Source: a virus. From it: a DNA stretch of 64,000 nucleotides. The DNA lies in the IMG/VR virus record IMGVR_UViG_3300028925_012913, positions 5,267 to 69,266 of that record; one strand, given 5' to 3'. The notes under the pieces are model-generated. The model had not been told where the DNA came from. It did no database searches and saw only the letters and a list, made by a program, of their open reading frames with translations. A program made the translations under genes and the position numbers. Positions 1 through 8,191 of the stretch are shown in pieces (the stretch's first letter is position 1; every line of letters begins with the position of its first letter).

Positions 1-4
1 TGGT

Positions 5-667
5 GTGGATAGAAGTATATTTAAAGAATCTATGTCTCATAAAAAAGAAACAATCTTTTATAATTGCGGAAAATGGGAAATCAGAAAAGGTCACGATATT
101 CTTGTCAAAGCTTTTGAAGAAGCGTTTACAGAAGACGATGATGTTGAACTCTGGATGATGTGTGACAATCCATTTTATCCAGAAGAAGAGAATTTCAAAT
201 GGGAACGTCTTTATAGATCTTCTAAACTAGGAGACAAGGTAAGAATTATTCCACGTCAAAAAACGCAAGAAGATGTTTATAAAATTATGAGTGACACTGA
301 TTGTGGCGTTTTTCCTGCTAGAGCTGAAGGTTGGAATCTAGAGCTTCTAGAGATGATGAGCTGTGGAAAGCATGTTATTGCTACAAACTACTCGTCCCAT
401 ACGGAGTTTTGTAATGATGACAACTGTATGTTAGTGGATGTAGAAGAAAAAGAAGATGCTGTTGATGGCTTTTGGTTCAAAGGTCAGGGGCAATGGGCTT
501 CTATTAAAGATAAGCAGATTTCTGAACTTGCTCAACACATGAGGTCAGTTCATGAAAAGAAAAAGAATGATCAGCTAAATATCAATCAAGCAGGAGTTGA
601 TACCGCTAAAAAGTTTAGTTGGGAAAACTCTGCTATGAAAATTATTGAAGCTATTGAAAAAGAATAA
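5..667 (+). CDS. GT-B (GT4-like) glycosyltransferase, C-terminal part (probably truncated by window start)
   Basis: RKGHDILVKAF, FPARAEGWNLELLEMMSCGKHVIATN (EGF/W..P.LEA.A.G motif); paralogous to 32473..33588. Confidence 0.85.
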   Translation: MDRSIFKESMSHKKETIFYNCGKWEIRKGHDILVKAFEEAFTEDDDVELWMMCDNPFYPEEENFKWERLYRSSKLGDKVRIIPRQKTQEDVYKIMSDTDCGVFPARAEGWNLELLEMMSCGKHVIATNYSSHTEFCNDDNCMLVDVEEKEDAVDGFWFKGQGQWASIKDKQISELAQHMRSVHEKKKNDQLNINQAGVDTAKKFSWENSAMKIIEAIEKE

Positions 668-700
668 CCATCAATGCATTTAAAAACTAGGAGAACAAAT

Positions 701-931
701 ATGCCTTCATCTATTAAAAACCTTTCAGTTAGCTACCTATGGTACAAGGCTATTACAGACCAAGAAAAAGCAAGTCTATCATTAGAACTGTTAACGAATA
801 ATGCGGTAGGTATTGGAGATCATTCAACAGGGGACTTCCATAAGAACTTGGATGAAACTTTGGATGCTTTGGTGGATGCAAGAGATAGGTTGGAAACGCT
901 TCAAGAACTATATCCAGAACTGGTAGATTAA
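701..931 (+). CDS. Hypothetical helical protein
   Basis: ORF 674..931; ATG at 701 follows an AGGAG Shine-Dalgarno. Confidence 0.6.
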   Translation: MPSSIKNLSVSYLWYKAITDQEKASLSLELLTNNAVGIGDHSTGDFHKNLDETLDALVDARDRLETLQELYPELVD

Positions 932-1323
932 TGTTTAAATGGTTTAAGAAAAAGTCCAAACAACAAGAGGCTGAAACTCTTCTTAATGGACATCAATTCA
1001 TAATATTCACGGTCGATAAAGACGGTGTTATTAATATGGATTTTGATTTTGATAGTGATGAAGTGTCTAATGAGATGTTTTCTGAAATGTTTCATCAAAT
1101 ACACAATGGGGATTTAATTGAAACTTCTGTCTCTTTTATAGAAGAAAGACTTGAAGAGAAAGGTAGAAGTTCTGATTATTCAAATTTTGAAGAGAACATA
1201 AGAATACTAAACACTATAAAAAACGACCCTCTCACAGAAATATTATCAAGCGTTCAAAGCGATGAAGTCGTAGTTAAACCAACTGACATAGCAAAAACCG
1301 TCTTAAAAGGACAAGGAGAGTAA
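931..1323 (+). CDS. Hypothetical acidic protein
   Basis: 130-aa ORF coupled to upstream stop (TAATG). Confidence 0.65.
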   Translation: MFKWFKKKSKQQEAETLLNGHQFIIFTVDKDGVINMDFDFDSDEVSNEMFSEMFHQIHNGDLIETSVSFIEERLEEKGRSSDYSNFEENIRILNTIKNDPLTEILSSVQSDEVVVKPTDIAKTVLKGQGE

Positions 1324-1326
1324 AAG

Positions 1327-1336
1327 GTGTATAATA
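1327..1336 (+). promoter_or_regulatory. GTGTATAATA putative phage promoter motif
   Basis: Exact 10-mer recurring in four intergenic gaps, always oriented toward the downstream gene. Confidence 0.65.
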
Positions 1337-1369
1337 ACACGACACAAATGCCCTCTTGGAGGTTGAAAA

Positions 1370-1966
1370 ATGCCGAACAAACAAATCGCTTGGGAAAAAT
1401 GGGACGAAGACGTAATAGAACAGGAAATAGTAGAAAACTTCCACGAGGAATATGAAGAAGACGAATCAGGAATGGCAGAAGATGCCTTACTGTTCTTAGA
1501 AAAGATACCAAACTTAGTTACTACTCCTATGGGTATGTATCAGCTCCATGATAAAATGAGCATACTTAATCAGTTTGAATGTTGGATGGGGTACACTAAT
1601 TTTGACATAACCCATTCAATAAAAGACAAGATAGAAAAAGTTGAAGGTGTAGAATTATTAAATATAACTTCTCGTTATAGATTCTTTCTTGGTGTTGGTA
1701 AGTTTTTTGATTTCTCAGATGTAAGATTAAACGTAGAAAAAGAAATATGCGATAGGTTTGAGATAGACGATACTACTGAAGAAACAGTATCCATAATAAA
1801 AGATTCTATATCAATGGATAAATTATGGGCTATCTTTGTATCTGAAGATGGAGAAATACTATACACAAGTACAAACGATATTGACGATGAGGATTATCTT
1901 ACAACGCTTGGTCTTTATGAAGAAGAAAAAGATTCTAATGGAGGGTTGATCTTTCAGAATGAGTAA
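1370..1966 (+). CDS. Hypothetical acidic protein
   Basis: 198-aa ORF with GGAGG SD. Confidence 0.7.
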   Translation: MPNKQIAWEKWDEDVIEQEIVENFHEEYEEDESGMAEDALLFLEKIPNLVTTPMGMYQLHDKMSILNQFECWMGYTNFDITHSIKDKIEKVEGVELLNITSRYRFFLGVGKFFDFSDVRLNVEKEICDRFEIDDTTEETVSIIKDSISMDKLWAIFVSEDGEILYTSTNDIDDEDYLTTLGLYEEEKDSNGGLIFQNE

Positions 1967-2576
1967 TAAAACTAAATTTGTAGAAGATTATTTTTTACTT
2001 GATTCTGGTCGTATATTTATACGAGGAGATATTAACGAAGAAAGCGAAGAAAAGTTTGTACGATCTCTAAGGTATTGTATGTTCATGGACATAAAAGATA
2101 TCTATGTCTATATAAGCTCTGAAGGAGGAGATGTAGATTCGGGATGTGCTATCATAGATGAAATAAATGGAGCTAAGAAGCAAGGTTTTAAAATACACAC
2201 GATTGCTATTGGAAAAGCATACTCCGCTGCCGCTTATATATTAACATTTGGCTCTGTTAGATATGCCACAGAAAATTCTAGCATAATGCTTCATCCTATA
2301 CTGTTTGATTTAGATATGGATTATATAGCCAACCAACGTGCATATACAGCTTTCACTGACTACAAGTATGCGGATATAATAAACAAGGTAGCTAGGAATT
2401 GCAATAATAAAACAAAATCTGCTATTGATAAGTTTGTTAAAGAAATCCAGCATGGTCTATGGATATGTCCTAAACAAGCGAAGAAGATGAAAATCATAGA
2501 TTTTATATGGGACTACTCAAAGGAAAAAACTATAGATGAAAAAAGCGAGCGACGAGGAGTTAGAAGTAGCTCTTAA
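1959..2576 (+). CDS. clpP: ClpP-like (S14) protease homologue
   Basis: RIFIRGDI, YISSEGGDV, GKAYSAA (catalytic Ser), IMLHP (catalytic His); triad Asp not evident. Confidence 0.8.
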   Translation: MSNKTKFVEDYFLLDSGRIFIRGDINEESEEKFVRSLRYCMFMDIKDIYVYISSEGGDVDSGCAIIDEINGAKKQGFKIHTIAIGKAYSAAAYILTFGSVRYATENSSIMLHPILFDLDMDYIANQRAYTAFTDYKYADIINKVARNCNNKTKSAIDKFVKEIQHGLWICPKQAKKMKIIDFIWDYSKEKTIDEKSERRGVRSSS

Positions 2577-3042
2577 AAACAGAGACAATATAAACGTCAT
2601 GAATAAGATGTGTATGAAATATAAAGGCATCATACCTTATGAAGAACTTGAAAGATGTAAGTTAATATCTGTATGGCAAGCTGTAGAACATTATGATCCA
2701 TCAAAAGGAAATTGTAAGTTCACTTCTTTTTTATGCAATCGCCTTTTTTGGGAATGTCAAAAACAGCTATACGAAATAAACAAAGATAAAAGAATACCAA
2801 AACACGAAGGGGCTTCAGTATTAATTGGAGAGATATCTGAGTATAACGACAAAGCAGAAAAGATAGAAGTTCTTGAGTTGTTAGACAGGCTTGACGAAGA
2901 GTCTAGAGATATCTTATTTAAAAGGTTCTATGAATCAAAAACCGCCAAAGAAATAGGACATGACAATGGATATGGAAGAGAAACAGCAAGACGAAGGATA
3001 ATAGGAGCTTTAGAAAAACTAAAAAGATGTTTAGAGAATTAG
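2536..3042 (+). CDS. RNA polymerase sigma-70 family factor (regions 2 and 4)
   Basis: WQAVEHYDPSKGNCKFTSF (region 2) and LDEESRDILFKRFYESKTAKEIG..GRETARRR HTH (region 4). Confidence 0.8.
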   Translation: MKKASDEELEVALKNRDNINVMNKMCMKYKGIIPYEELERCKLISVWQAVEHYDPSKGNCKFTSFLCNRLFWECQKQLYEINKDKRIPKHEGASVLIGEISEYNDKAEKIEVLELLDRLDEESRDILFKRFYESKTAKEIGHDNGYGRETARRRIIGALEKLKRCLEN

Positions 3043-3659
3043 CCTGTTATAGTCAAGACTCAACTTATGCGGAAATATTAGAAGCTGTATTTACATCTTC
3101 TGAAAAAGACATGAGATGCTTAGCAATCCCCTCTGGATTCATGGGTCGTTTATCAGAATTCACTAAGAGTCAGGAATTCTCTGTAGCTATTGATTTTCCT
3201 TATGGGTTAAATGGAACTCAAATAAGAATCCATGAAATCATACTAGCAATAAGGCAAGGAGCTTCTTATATAGACCTTGTTATTAATAATAGTTTTATTA
3301 AAGAAGAAAACTGGCGTAAGATACAGCAAGACTTAAAATCCTGTCTATCTATATGTAATGAATATGATATAGAATTACGGGTAATAATAGAATACCGGCT
3401 TTTCTCTGTAAAAACTGTACTATTAATGTGCGATCTCTTTTATCAGGCTGGTGTTACACACATAATAAATGCTACTGGTTTTATAGCTGATGACATATCT
3501 GATAATGCTATAATTTCATACCAAATGCACGAGAAAACAGGGGTTCTTGTAACTTCTTGTGTAAGAGCGTTTAACAAGTCTCATGTTGCTATGTTTGAGG
3601 AGATGGGTGTACATGCATTGAGGTTCATGTCATCTAAAGTAGTGGGAGATATATTATAA
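3027..3659 (+). CDS. Deoxyribose-phosphate aldolase (DeoC)-like TIM barrel, probably catalytically degenerate
   Basis: VAIDFPYG, AIRQGASYIDLVIN, LRVIIE, ATGF motifs; Schiff-base Lys missing. Confidence 0.75.
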   Translation: MFRELACYSQDSTYAEILEAVFTSSEKDMRCLAIPSGFMGRLSEFTKSQEFSVAIDFPYGLNGTQIRIHEIILAIRQGASYIDLVINNSFIKEENWRKIQQDLKSCLSICNEYDIELRVIIEYRLFSVKTVLLMCDLFYQAGVTHIINATGFIADDISDNAIISYQMHEKTGVLVTSCVRAFNKSHVAMFEEMGVHALRFMSSKVVGDIL

Positions 3660-3661
3660 TA

Positions 3662-3671
3662 GTGTATAATA
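3662..3671 (+). promoter_or_regulatory. GTGTATAATA putative phage promoter motif
   Basis: Just after the DeoC-like stop, upstream of a probable structural gene. Confidence 0.65.
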
Positions 3672-3741
3672 TGTTAGGATCGGATTTTATTGTTGGAACT
3701 AAAGGAAACAGTGCAGATTAGTCATATGAAAGGTTATTATA

Positions 3742-4722
3742 ATGACTTTAAGCACACATTTACACCCTGTTGATACCCAAACGGTAACAGGTACTATTGT
3801 TTTTGGAGGCGCTTGTTCTGTTGATGAAACCATTGTTATCGTCGATGCTGCTGGTACTTCCAGAACGTTTACGGCAAAGGGCTCAACAACGGCAGGAAGT
3901 CTTCAGTTTATTAATACTGACGCTACTGCTGCCGCGACAGCTCTAAAGCTTTGTATTGACAACGCTGCTGGTTTTGGTACAAATTCCATTACCGTAGCTG
4001 ATAATGGCTCTGGCACCTTAACCCTTACGCTTATTGTTAATGGAACGTATAGGTTTGAGGATAAAGCTTCTATTGTCGAAGGTCTTACCAACGTTACTAT
4101 CACTAAGTTTGGTAGCACTGCTGGTTTAGAAGATATAGATGGCGGAGTAGTAGCAAATGCTGGTACTATTCCTGCTGCTGGCTCTAGATTTACAGCTAAA
4201 TCTCCTCTTGATTTAAATGCTGGTAGCAGAAGTTCCGGAGCAAAAGTTGTAGCCAATACTGGTACAGCTAATGAAATCGGAATTGCAAAAGCTAATACCA
4301 GTGGTACACTTGCCTATAATCCAAGTGGACGCGATGTAACTCGTTCGTCTTCAGACACGGGCTTCGTAATTAGAAGCGGTGTAGCGAACAAGATTTCTGG
4401 CGTTGCTGGATTGAACCCAATTCTTAGTGGTGGTTCTGATACCACAAGTCGTCGTGGTGGAAATATTCATCCGAAGACTAAATACTATCAAAAAGGTGAA
4501 TGGGCTACTAGAACCTTTGATATTCTTACTGGTACTTTAGTTAAGGGTACTGATGCAGGTACTGCCGCAGCTCTTGCTAGCGATCATGCTGCTACTCCTA
4601 CTAGAGCTATTCCGGGCGAATTTGTAATCTTGCAGAACTTCGTAAGCTATGTTGGAACCTCCACAAGTGGTGACGGCACAGGTAGTGAGAACTTAATGGA
4701 CTACAGCGCCATCACTGGCTAG
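3742..4722 (+). CDS. Probable virion structural protein (Gly/Thr/Ala/Ser-rich)
   Basis: Composition and beta-rich pattern typical of phage tail/decoration proteins; higher GC; follows promoter motif. Confidence 0.55.
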   Translation: MTLSTHLHPVDTQTVTGTIVFGGACSVDETIVIVDAAGTSRTFTAKGSTTAGSLQFINTDATAAATALKLCIDNAAGFGTNSITVADNGSGTLTLTLIVNGTYRFEDKASIVEGLTNVTITKFGSTAGLEDIDGGVVANAGTIPAAGSRFTAKSPLDLNAGSRSSGAKVVANTGTANEIGIAKANTSGTLAYNPSGRDVTRSSSDTGFVIRSGVANKISGVAGLNPILSGGSDTTSRRGGNIHPKTKYYQKGEWATRTFDILTGTLVKGTDAGTAAALASDHAATPTRAIPGEFVILQNFVSYVGTSTSGDGTGSENLMDYSAITG

Positions 4723-4742
4723 TTTTTTGAGAGAGGTGAATC

Positions 4743-5051
4743 ATGAATTCAGAAATGCCAGCACTAGTTGCTGTGATTGCAATTACTATGGGATTGATAA
4801 AGGTGATAGAAATGTTGATTTTAAAAACTGTTAATAAGGGTTCTGCCCTTACACAGGAAGAACGAAATTGGTTACAAGGACTTCATGAATTACACGAGAG
4901 ATGCGATACTGACGGAACGCCATTAGTTTATGTGCCACGTAGCTGGGCTGAAATTCAGCGCAATATGCAGCATATAATGACTAAGATAGTCAATGACCAA
5001 CGAAGAATCGCGGACATCCTCGAAAGAATAGACAAGAAGTTAGATGACTAA
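4743..5051 (+). CDS. Small membrane protein (N-terminal TM helix plus coiled coil), holin-like
   Basis: LVAVIAITMGLIKVIEMLIL hydrophobic segment; GAGGTG SD. Confidence 0.5.
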   Translation: MNSEMPALVAVIAITMGLIKVIEMLILKTVNKGSALTQEERNWLQGLHELHERCDTDGTPLVYVPRSWAEIQRNMQHIMTKIVNDQRRIADILERIDKKLDD

Positions 5052-5056
5052 AGTCG

Positions 5057-5096
5057 AAGGAGGGGTAAGGCTTAGTTCTTACCTCTCCTTTTTTTT
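5057..5096 (+). terminator. Rho-independent terminator
   Basis: AAGGAGGGGTAAG / CTTACCTCTCCTT stem followed by a T run. Confidence 0.85.
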
Positions 5097-5110
5097 ATGG
5101 AGTAATAAAG

Positions 5111-5353
5111 ATGAAAGAATTGATTAAAAGTAAGAAGTCTAGGGCTGCAATCATCACGTTGGTAATAACGATTGTATTAGCCATCATTCAAAATGGTGGA
5201 TTAGAAGGAATCATTATAGATATTCCGGGTTCAGACCCCATTGAAATTAAACTTCCAGAAGACTGTAACTGCAATGAATGTTCTTGCGAAGAAGTTAAGT
5301 GTGGTTGCTCTGGTGATGGTTGCTACTGTCCTGAGTGCCTCAAACTCACATAA
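5111..5353 (+). CDS. Small membrane protein with a Cys-rich (9 Cys) C-terminus
   Basis: Basic N-terminus plus TM helix, then CNCNECSC..KCGC..GCYCPEC. Confidence 0.55.
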   Translation: MKELIKSKKSRAAIITLVITIVLAIIQNGGLEGIIIDIPGSDPIEIKLPEDCNCNECSCEEVKCGCSGDGCYCPECLKLT

Positions 5354-5795
5354 CAATAAAACAATATTGTATGATTTTTGTGACTATCTTGAAATTAACA
5401 ACGTCTATAAAATAGATGAGAAAACAGGAAGTCCTAAGTTAAGATTTGTTCAGTACGTTTGGTGGGAATGGAGAGATCATGTTCTCACTCCGGCGTTAAA
5501 CCCTTACACAGGAGAAAAAACAGGATTTAGTAAGCGAACTTCGGGGTTTGTGGTAAGGGATTATATAATTGTCCGAAACAGTTATCTTAAAACAGATATT
5601 ACATCACAAAAAGTTAATACCCATCTTTCGAGAACAAAAGTAGGATGGTCGTGTATATACAATGACTTTTCAGGTAAGACGATAAGGCACGTATCATTTA
5701 AATGGGTAATTATTAGCCACACGTTTTATGATTCAGAGCTGAATAACAGAGATATGTTATCATTACAAGATAGAAATGAATTTTTAAAGAGGTAA
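5274..5795 (+). CDS. Hypothetical protein with putative signal peptide
   Basis: ORF 5241..5795; ATG at 5274 gives MNVLAKKLSVVALVMVATVLSA. Confidence 0.55.
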   Translation: MNVLAKKLSVVALVMVATVLSASNSHNNKTILYDFCDYLEINNVYKIDEKTGSPKLRFVQYVWWEWRDHVLTPALNPYTGEKTGFSKRTSGFVVRDYIIVRNSYLKTDITSQKVNTHLSRTKVGWSCIYNDFSGKTIRHVSFKWVIISHTFYDSELNNRDMLSLQDRNEFLKR

Positions 5796-5799
5796 AAAG

Positions 5800-7026
5800 A
5801 TGGATTGGGAAAATACACACAAGAACGCAATCATATTTGATTGGCATAATCATGGGACTCTAAAAAATTTCCTTTTTGATAGATCTTTAGATGGTAAAAG
5901 TTCAAAACCTCTTACCAGATTATTCAAAAGAGGCTTCTGGCCTATGTCTGAAAGAAACACCCTTCCTAAGATGGAAGAAGGAGGGTTAGATGTGGTGCTA
6001 TCTACGTCTTATATTCCAGAAATAGAATGGGTAGATGACCAATGGCTTATTAAAGTTTTAAAATATCTATATCCAAGTGTTCGTAAAAGGGTATTTGATC
6101 CTACATATTTTGATGCCACTAATTCAATGATGGATTCTATGGAGAAAGAAGTAGATAAGTATGGGGGAAAATTTAAGTTTGTTAAAAGCCTAAAAGAATT
6201 AGAAAAATCAATAGTAGATGGCGATATAGCCATGATACATTCTATTGAAGGTGCGCATAGTCTCAATGGAGAACTGGCCAAGAAGAGAGTGGGAGAGTCA
6301 ACAGCTCTACCTCAACTAGTAGAGAACGAAATTCTTACCAATCTTGAGCATTTTTATAACAGAGGTGCGGCTTATCTGACTTTAGCTCATTTCTACGATA
6401 ACCATATTGCTCCTCCAGTATTTCCATATCCTGAGTATGGTATCAAAAAGAATAACTGGAAACATCTAATGTCTGGATGGGACATGAACAAAGGATTGAC
6501 GTCAATTGGAAAAAAGGTTGTGCAATCTATGAAAGATATGGGTATGCTTATAGACATAACCCACTGTACACCTAAAGCTAGACAGGATGTTTACAATATC
6601 GTTGGCAATGATCTATCAAGGGTTGTTGCCAGTCATATTGGTGCTTTTTCTATAAATCCAGACCCATTAAACCTACAAGACTGGGAAATAAAATGGTTAG
6701 CAGACCACAACTGTCTTATAGGTATTATTTTTATGAACTATTGGTTAAGTCCAATAGACTCTGGCCTTGGTTTAAAACACATAGAAAGAACAATAGATCA
6801 TATAATAAATATAGCTGGCGATGAAGTATTAGCTATTGGAACTGACTTTGATGGCTTTACTGACCCGCCAGATGAAATAACAGATATATCAGAACTTCCT
6901 AGACTGACTAGATATCTCTCATGTTTAAAGAGTGGTCTTGACACAGATAAGTATTCTCATGGTACAATAAGTAATATATTAGGTAGAAATTCTCTTAGGT
7001 TTATCCTAGAGGGTTGGAAAAAATAA
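5800..7026 (+). CDS. Membrane dipeptidase family (peptidase M19, amidohydrolase fold)
   Basis: DWHNH, SIEGAHSL, YLTLAH, GLTSIGKKVV, IDITH, ASH, IGTDFDG. Confidence 0.85.
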   Translation: MDWENTHKNAIIFDWHNHGTLKNFLFDRSLDGKSSKPLTRLFKRGFWPMSERNTLPKMEEGGLDVVLSTSYIPEIEWVDDQWLIKVLKYLYPSVRKRVFDPTYFDATNSMMDSMEKEVDKYGGKFKFVKSLKELEKSIVDGDIAMIHSIEGAHSLNGELAKKRVGESTALPQLVENEILTNLEHFYNRGAAYLTLAHFYDNHIAPPVFPYPEYGIKKNNWKHLMSGWDMNKGLTSIGKKVVQSMKDMGMLIDITHCTPKARQDVYNIVGNDLSRVVASHIGAFSINPDPLNLQDWEIKWLADHNCLIGIIFMNYWLSPIDSGLGLKHIERTIDHIINIAGDEVLAIGTDFDGFTDPPDEITDISELPRLTRYLSCLKSGLDTDKYSHGTISNILGRNSLRFILEGWKK

Positions 7027-7036
7027 AAGGTTAGTC

Positions 7037-7324
7037 ATGGCTAAAAGCAGTAACAGATTAAGTGAGATTTTAGAAAAGAGACGGCTTAAATCTGAAAATA
7101 AAGACGAAAAAATATCTGGCAGAGAAGATAAAAAAGAAGACAAACGAAATTATAAGCTTGATAAAATTAGAGAAGTGACAGCTAAGGCTTATGCTGTTGC
7201 AGCCAAAAGGAAATGGTTGGTTTTTTTAATTGTCGCAGCTATTGCTGCGTATCTGATTATCTTCAAAGGAGGCGGAGCCTCTGCTGGTGGTGGAATGTTA
7301 GATATGGTAAAAGGTTTTTTTTAG
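7037..7324 (+). CDS. Small membrane protein
   Basis: Charged N-terminus, single TM WLVFLIVAAIAAYLIIF. Confidence 0.6.
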   Translation: MAKSSNRLSEILEKRRLKSENKDEKISGREDKKEDKRNYKLDKIREVTAKAYAVAAKRKWLVFLIVAAIAAYLIIFKGGGASAGGGMLDMVKGFF

Positions 7325-7346
7325 TTAGTTTTAATTGGAGAGTGTG

Positions 7347-7517
7347 ATGCAGAAACTTAAAGATTTAATTAGGAGCCGTCGTTTTTGGGCAGCTGTCGGT
7401 GGAGTAGTAGTAGTTGGTTTACAGGATGTTTTAGGTCTTGACCCCACCACTGCTAATAGTATCGTAGCTGTTATTGTATCGTGGATCGTTGGTGATTCAC
7501 TACGGACGACAGAATAA
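7347..7517 (+). CDS. Holin-like two-TM protein
   Basis: SRRFWAAV motif, two hydrophobic helices, ending WIVGDS; GGAG SD before ATG 7347. Confidence 0.55.
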   Translation: MQKLKDLIRSRRFWAAVGGVVVVGLQDVLGLDPTTANSIVAVIVSWIVGDSLRTTE

Positions 7518-7523
7518 ATAATC

Positions 7524-7586
7524 GGCAGCGGCCTTCTCGTTTATCTTACCCCCTGTACCCACGGGTAGGTCGCTGTCCTTTTTTTT
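7524..7586 (+). terminator. Terminator-like stem-loop with large loop
   Basis: GGCAGCGGCCT pairs with AGGTCGCTGTC (2 G-U), followed by T8. Confidence 0.6.
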
Positions 7587-7593
7587 GGATAAC

Positions 7594-7896
7594 ATGATGA
7601 AAAAAACTGTAGACAAAGAAAAACATTTATTAGTATTCTCTGCTAAATGGTGTGGGCCGTGCAGAATGATGAAAGCTCACGTTTGGAATGACCCAGCTAT
7701 TGAAGACAAGTTAAAGGCGTTTGATTCTGTTAACTTTGTAGACATAGATGATCCCAAAAATAAAGCTTTAGCCACGACTTATAGAATCCAAGGAGTTCCT
7801 ACTATTTATATAGTAGACGAAAAAGGAACACCCTTGAGCACTGAAAACACAATGGATGTAAACGGAACCCTTAATTTTTTAAGCCAAAATGAATAA
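7594..7896 (+). CDS. Thioredoxin (WCGPC)
   Basis: FSAKWCGPCR active site, cis-Pro loop GVPT. Confidence 0.9.
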   Translation: MMKKTVDKEKHLLVFSAKWCGPCRMMKAHVWNDPAIEDKLKAFDSVNFVDIDDPKNKALATTYRIQGVPTIYIVDEKGTPLSTENTMDVNGTLNFLSQNE

Positions 7897-8191
7897 AAAA
7901 AATAAACATCAAGTTGTAGTATTTATGACCGCATGGTGTCCTCATTGTAAATCTATGAAGCAGAATACTTGGCCTCATGAAAGCGTTAAGAGCGCTATGT
8001 CTAAATATCATAATGGTAAAGCCGCTTTTGTTTTGTGTGACAAGCCTCAAAATAGATACCTAGTAGATGAATTTGATATTGAAAGATATCCCACGGTGGT
8101 TATTATGGACGAAGATCACAATATTAAAAAACGTGCCAATAATATGTCACCTGACGAATTAGTAACTTTTCTAAATGAAGTAGATGAATAA
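7889..8191 (+). CDS. Thioredoxin-fold protein with DsbA-type CPHC motif
   Basis: FMTAWCPHCK, cis-Pro loop RYPT; paralogue of the upstream gene. Confidence 0.85.
   Translation: MNKKNKHQVVVFMTAWCPHCKSMKQNTWPHESVKSAMSKYHNGKAAFVLCDKPQNRYLVDEFDIERYPTVVIMDEDHNIKKRANNMSPDELVTFLNEVDE

Noticed and set aside
5111-5795. Overlapping Rz/Rz1 spanin pair
   Set aside because: The downstream protein has no lipobox Cys after its hydrophobic segment, and the upstream one lacks a periplasmic coiled coil
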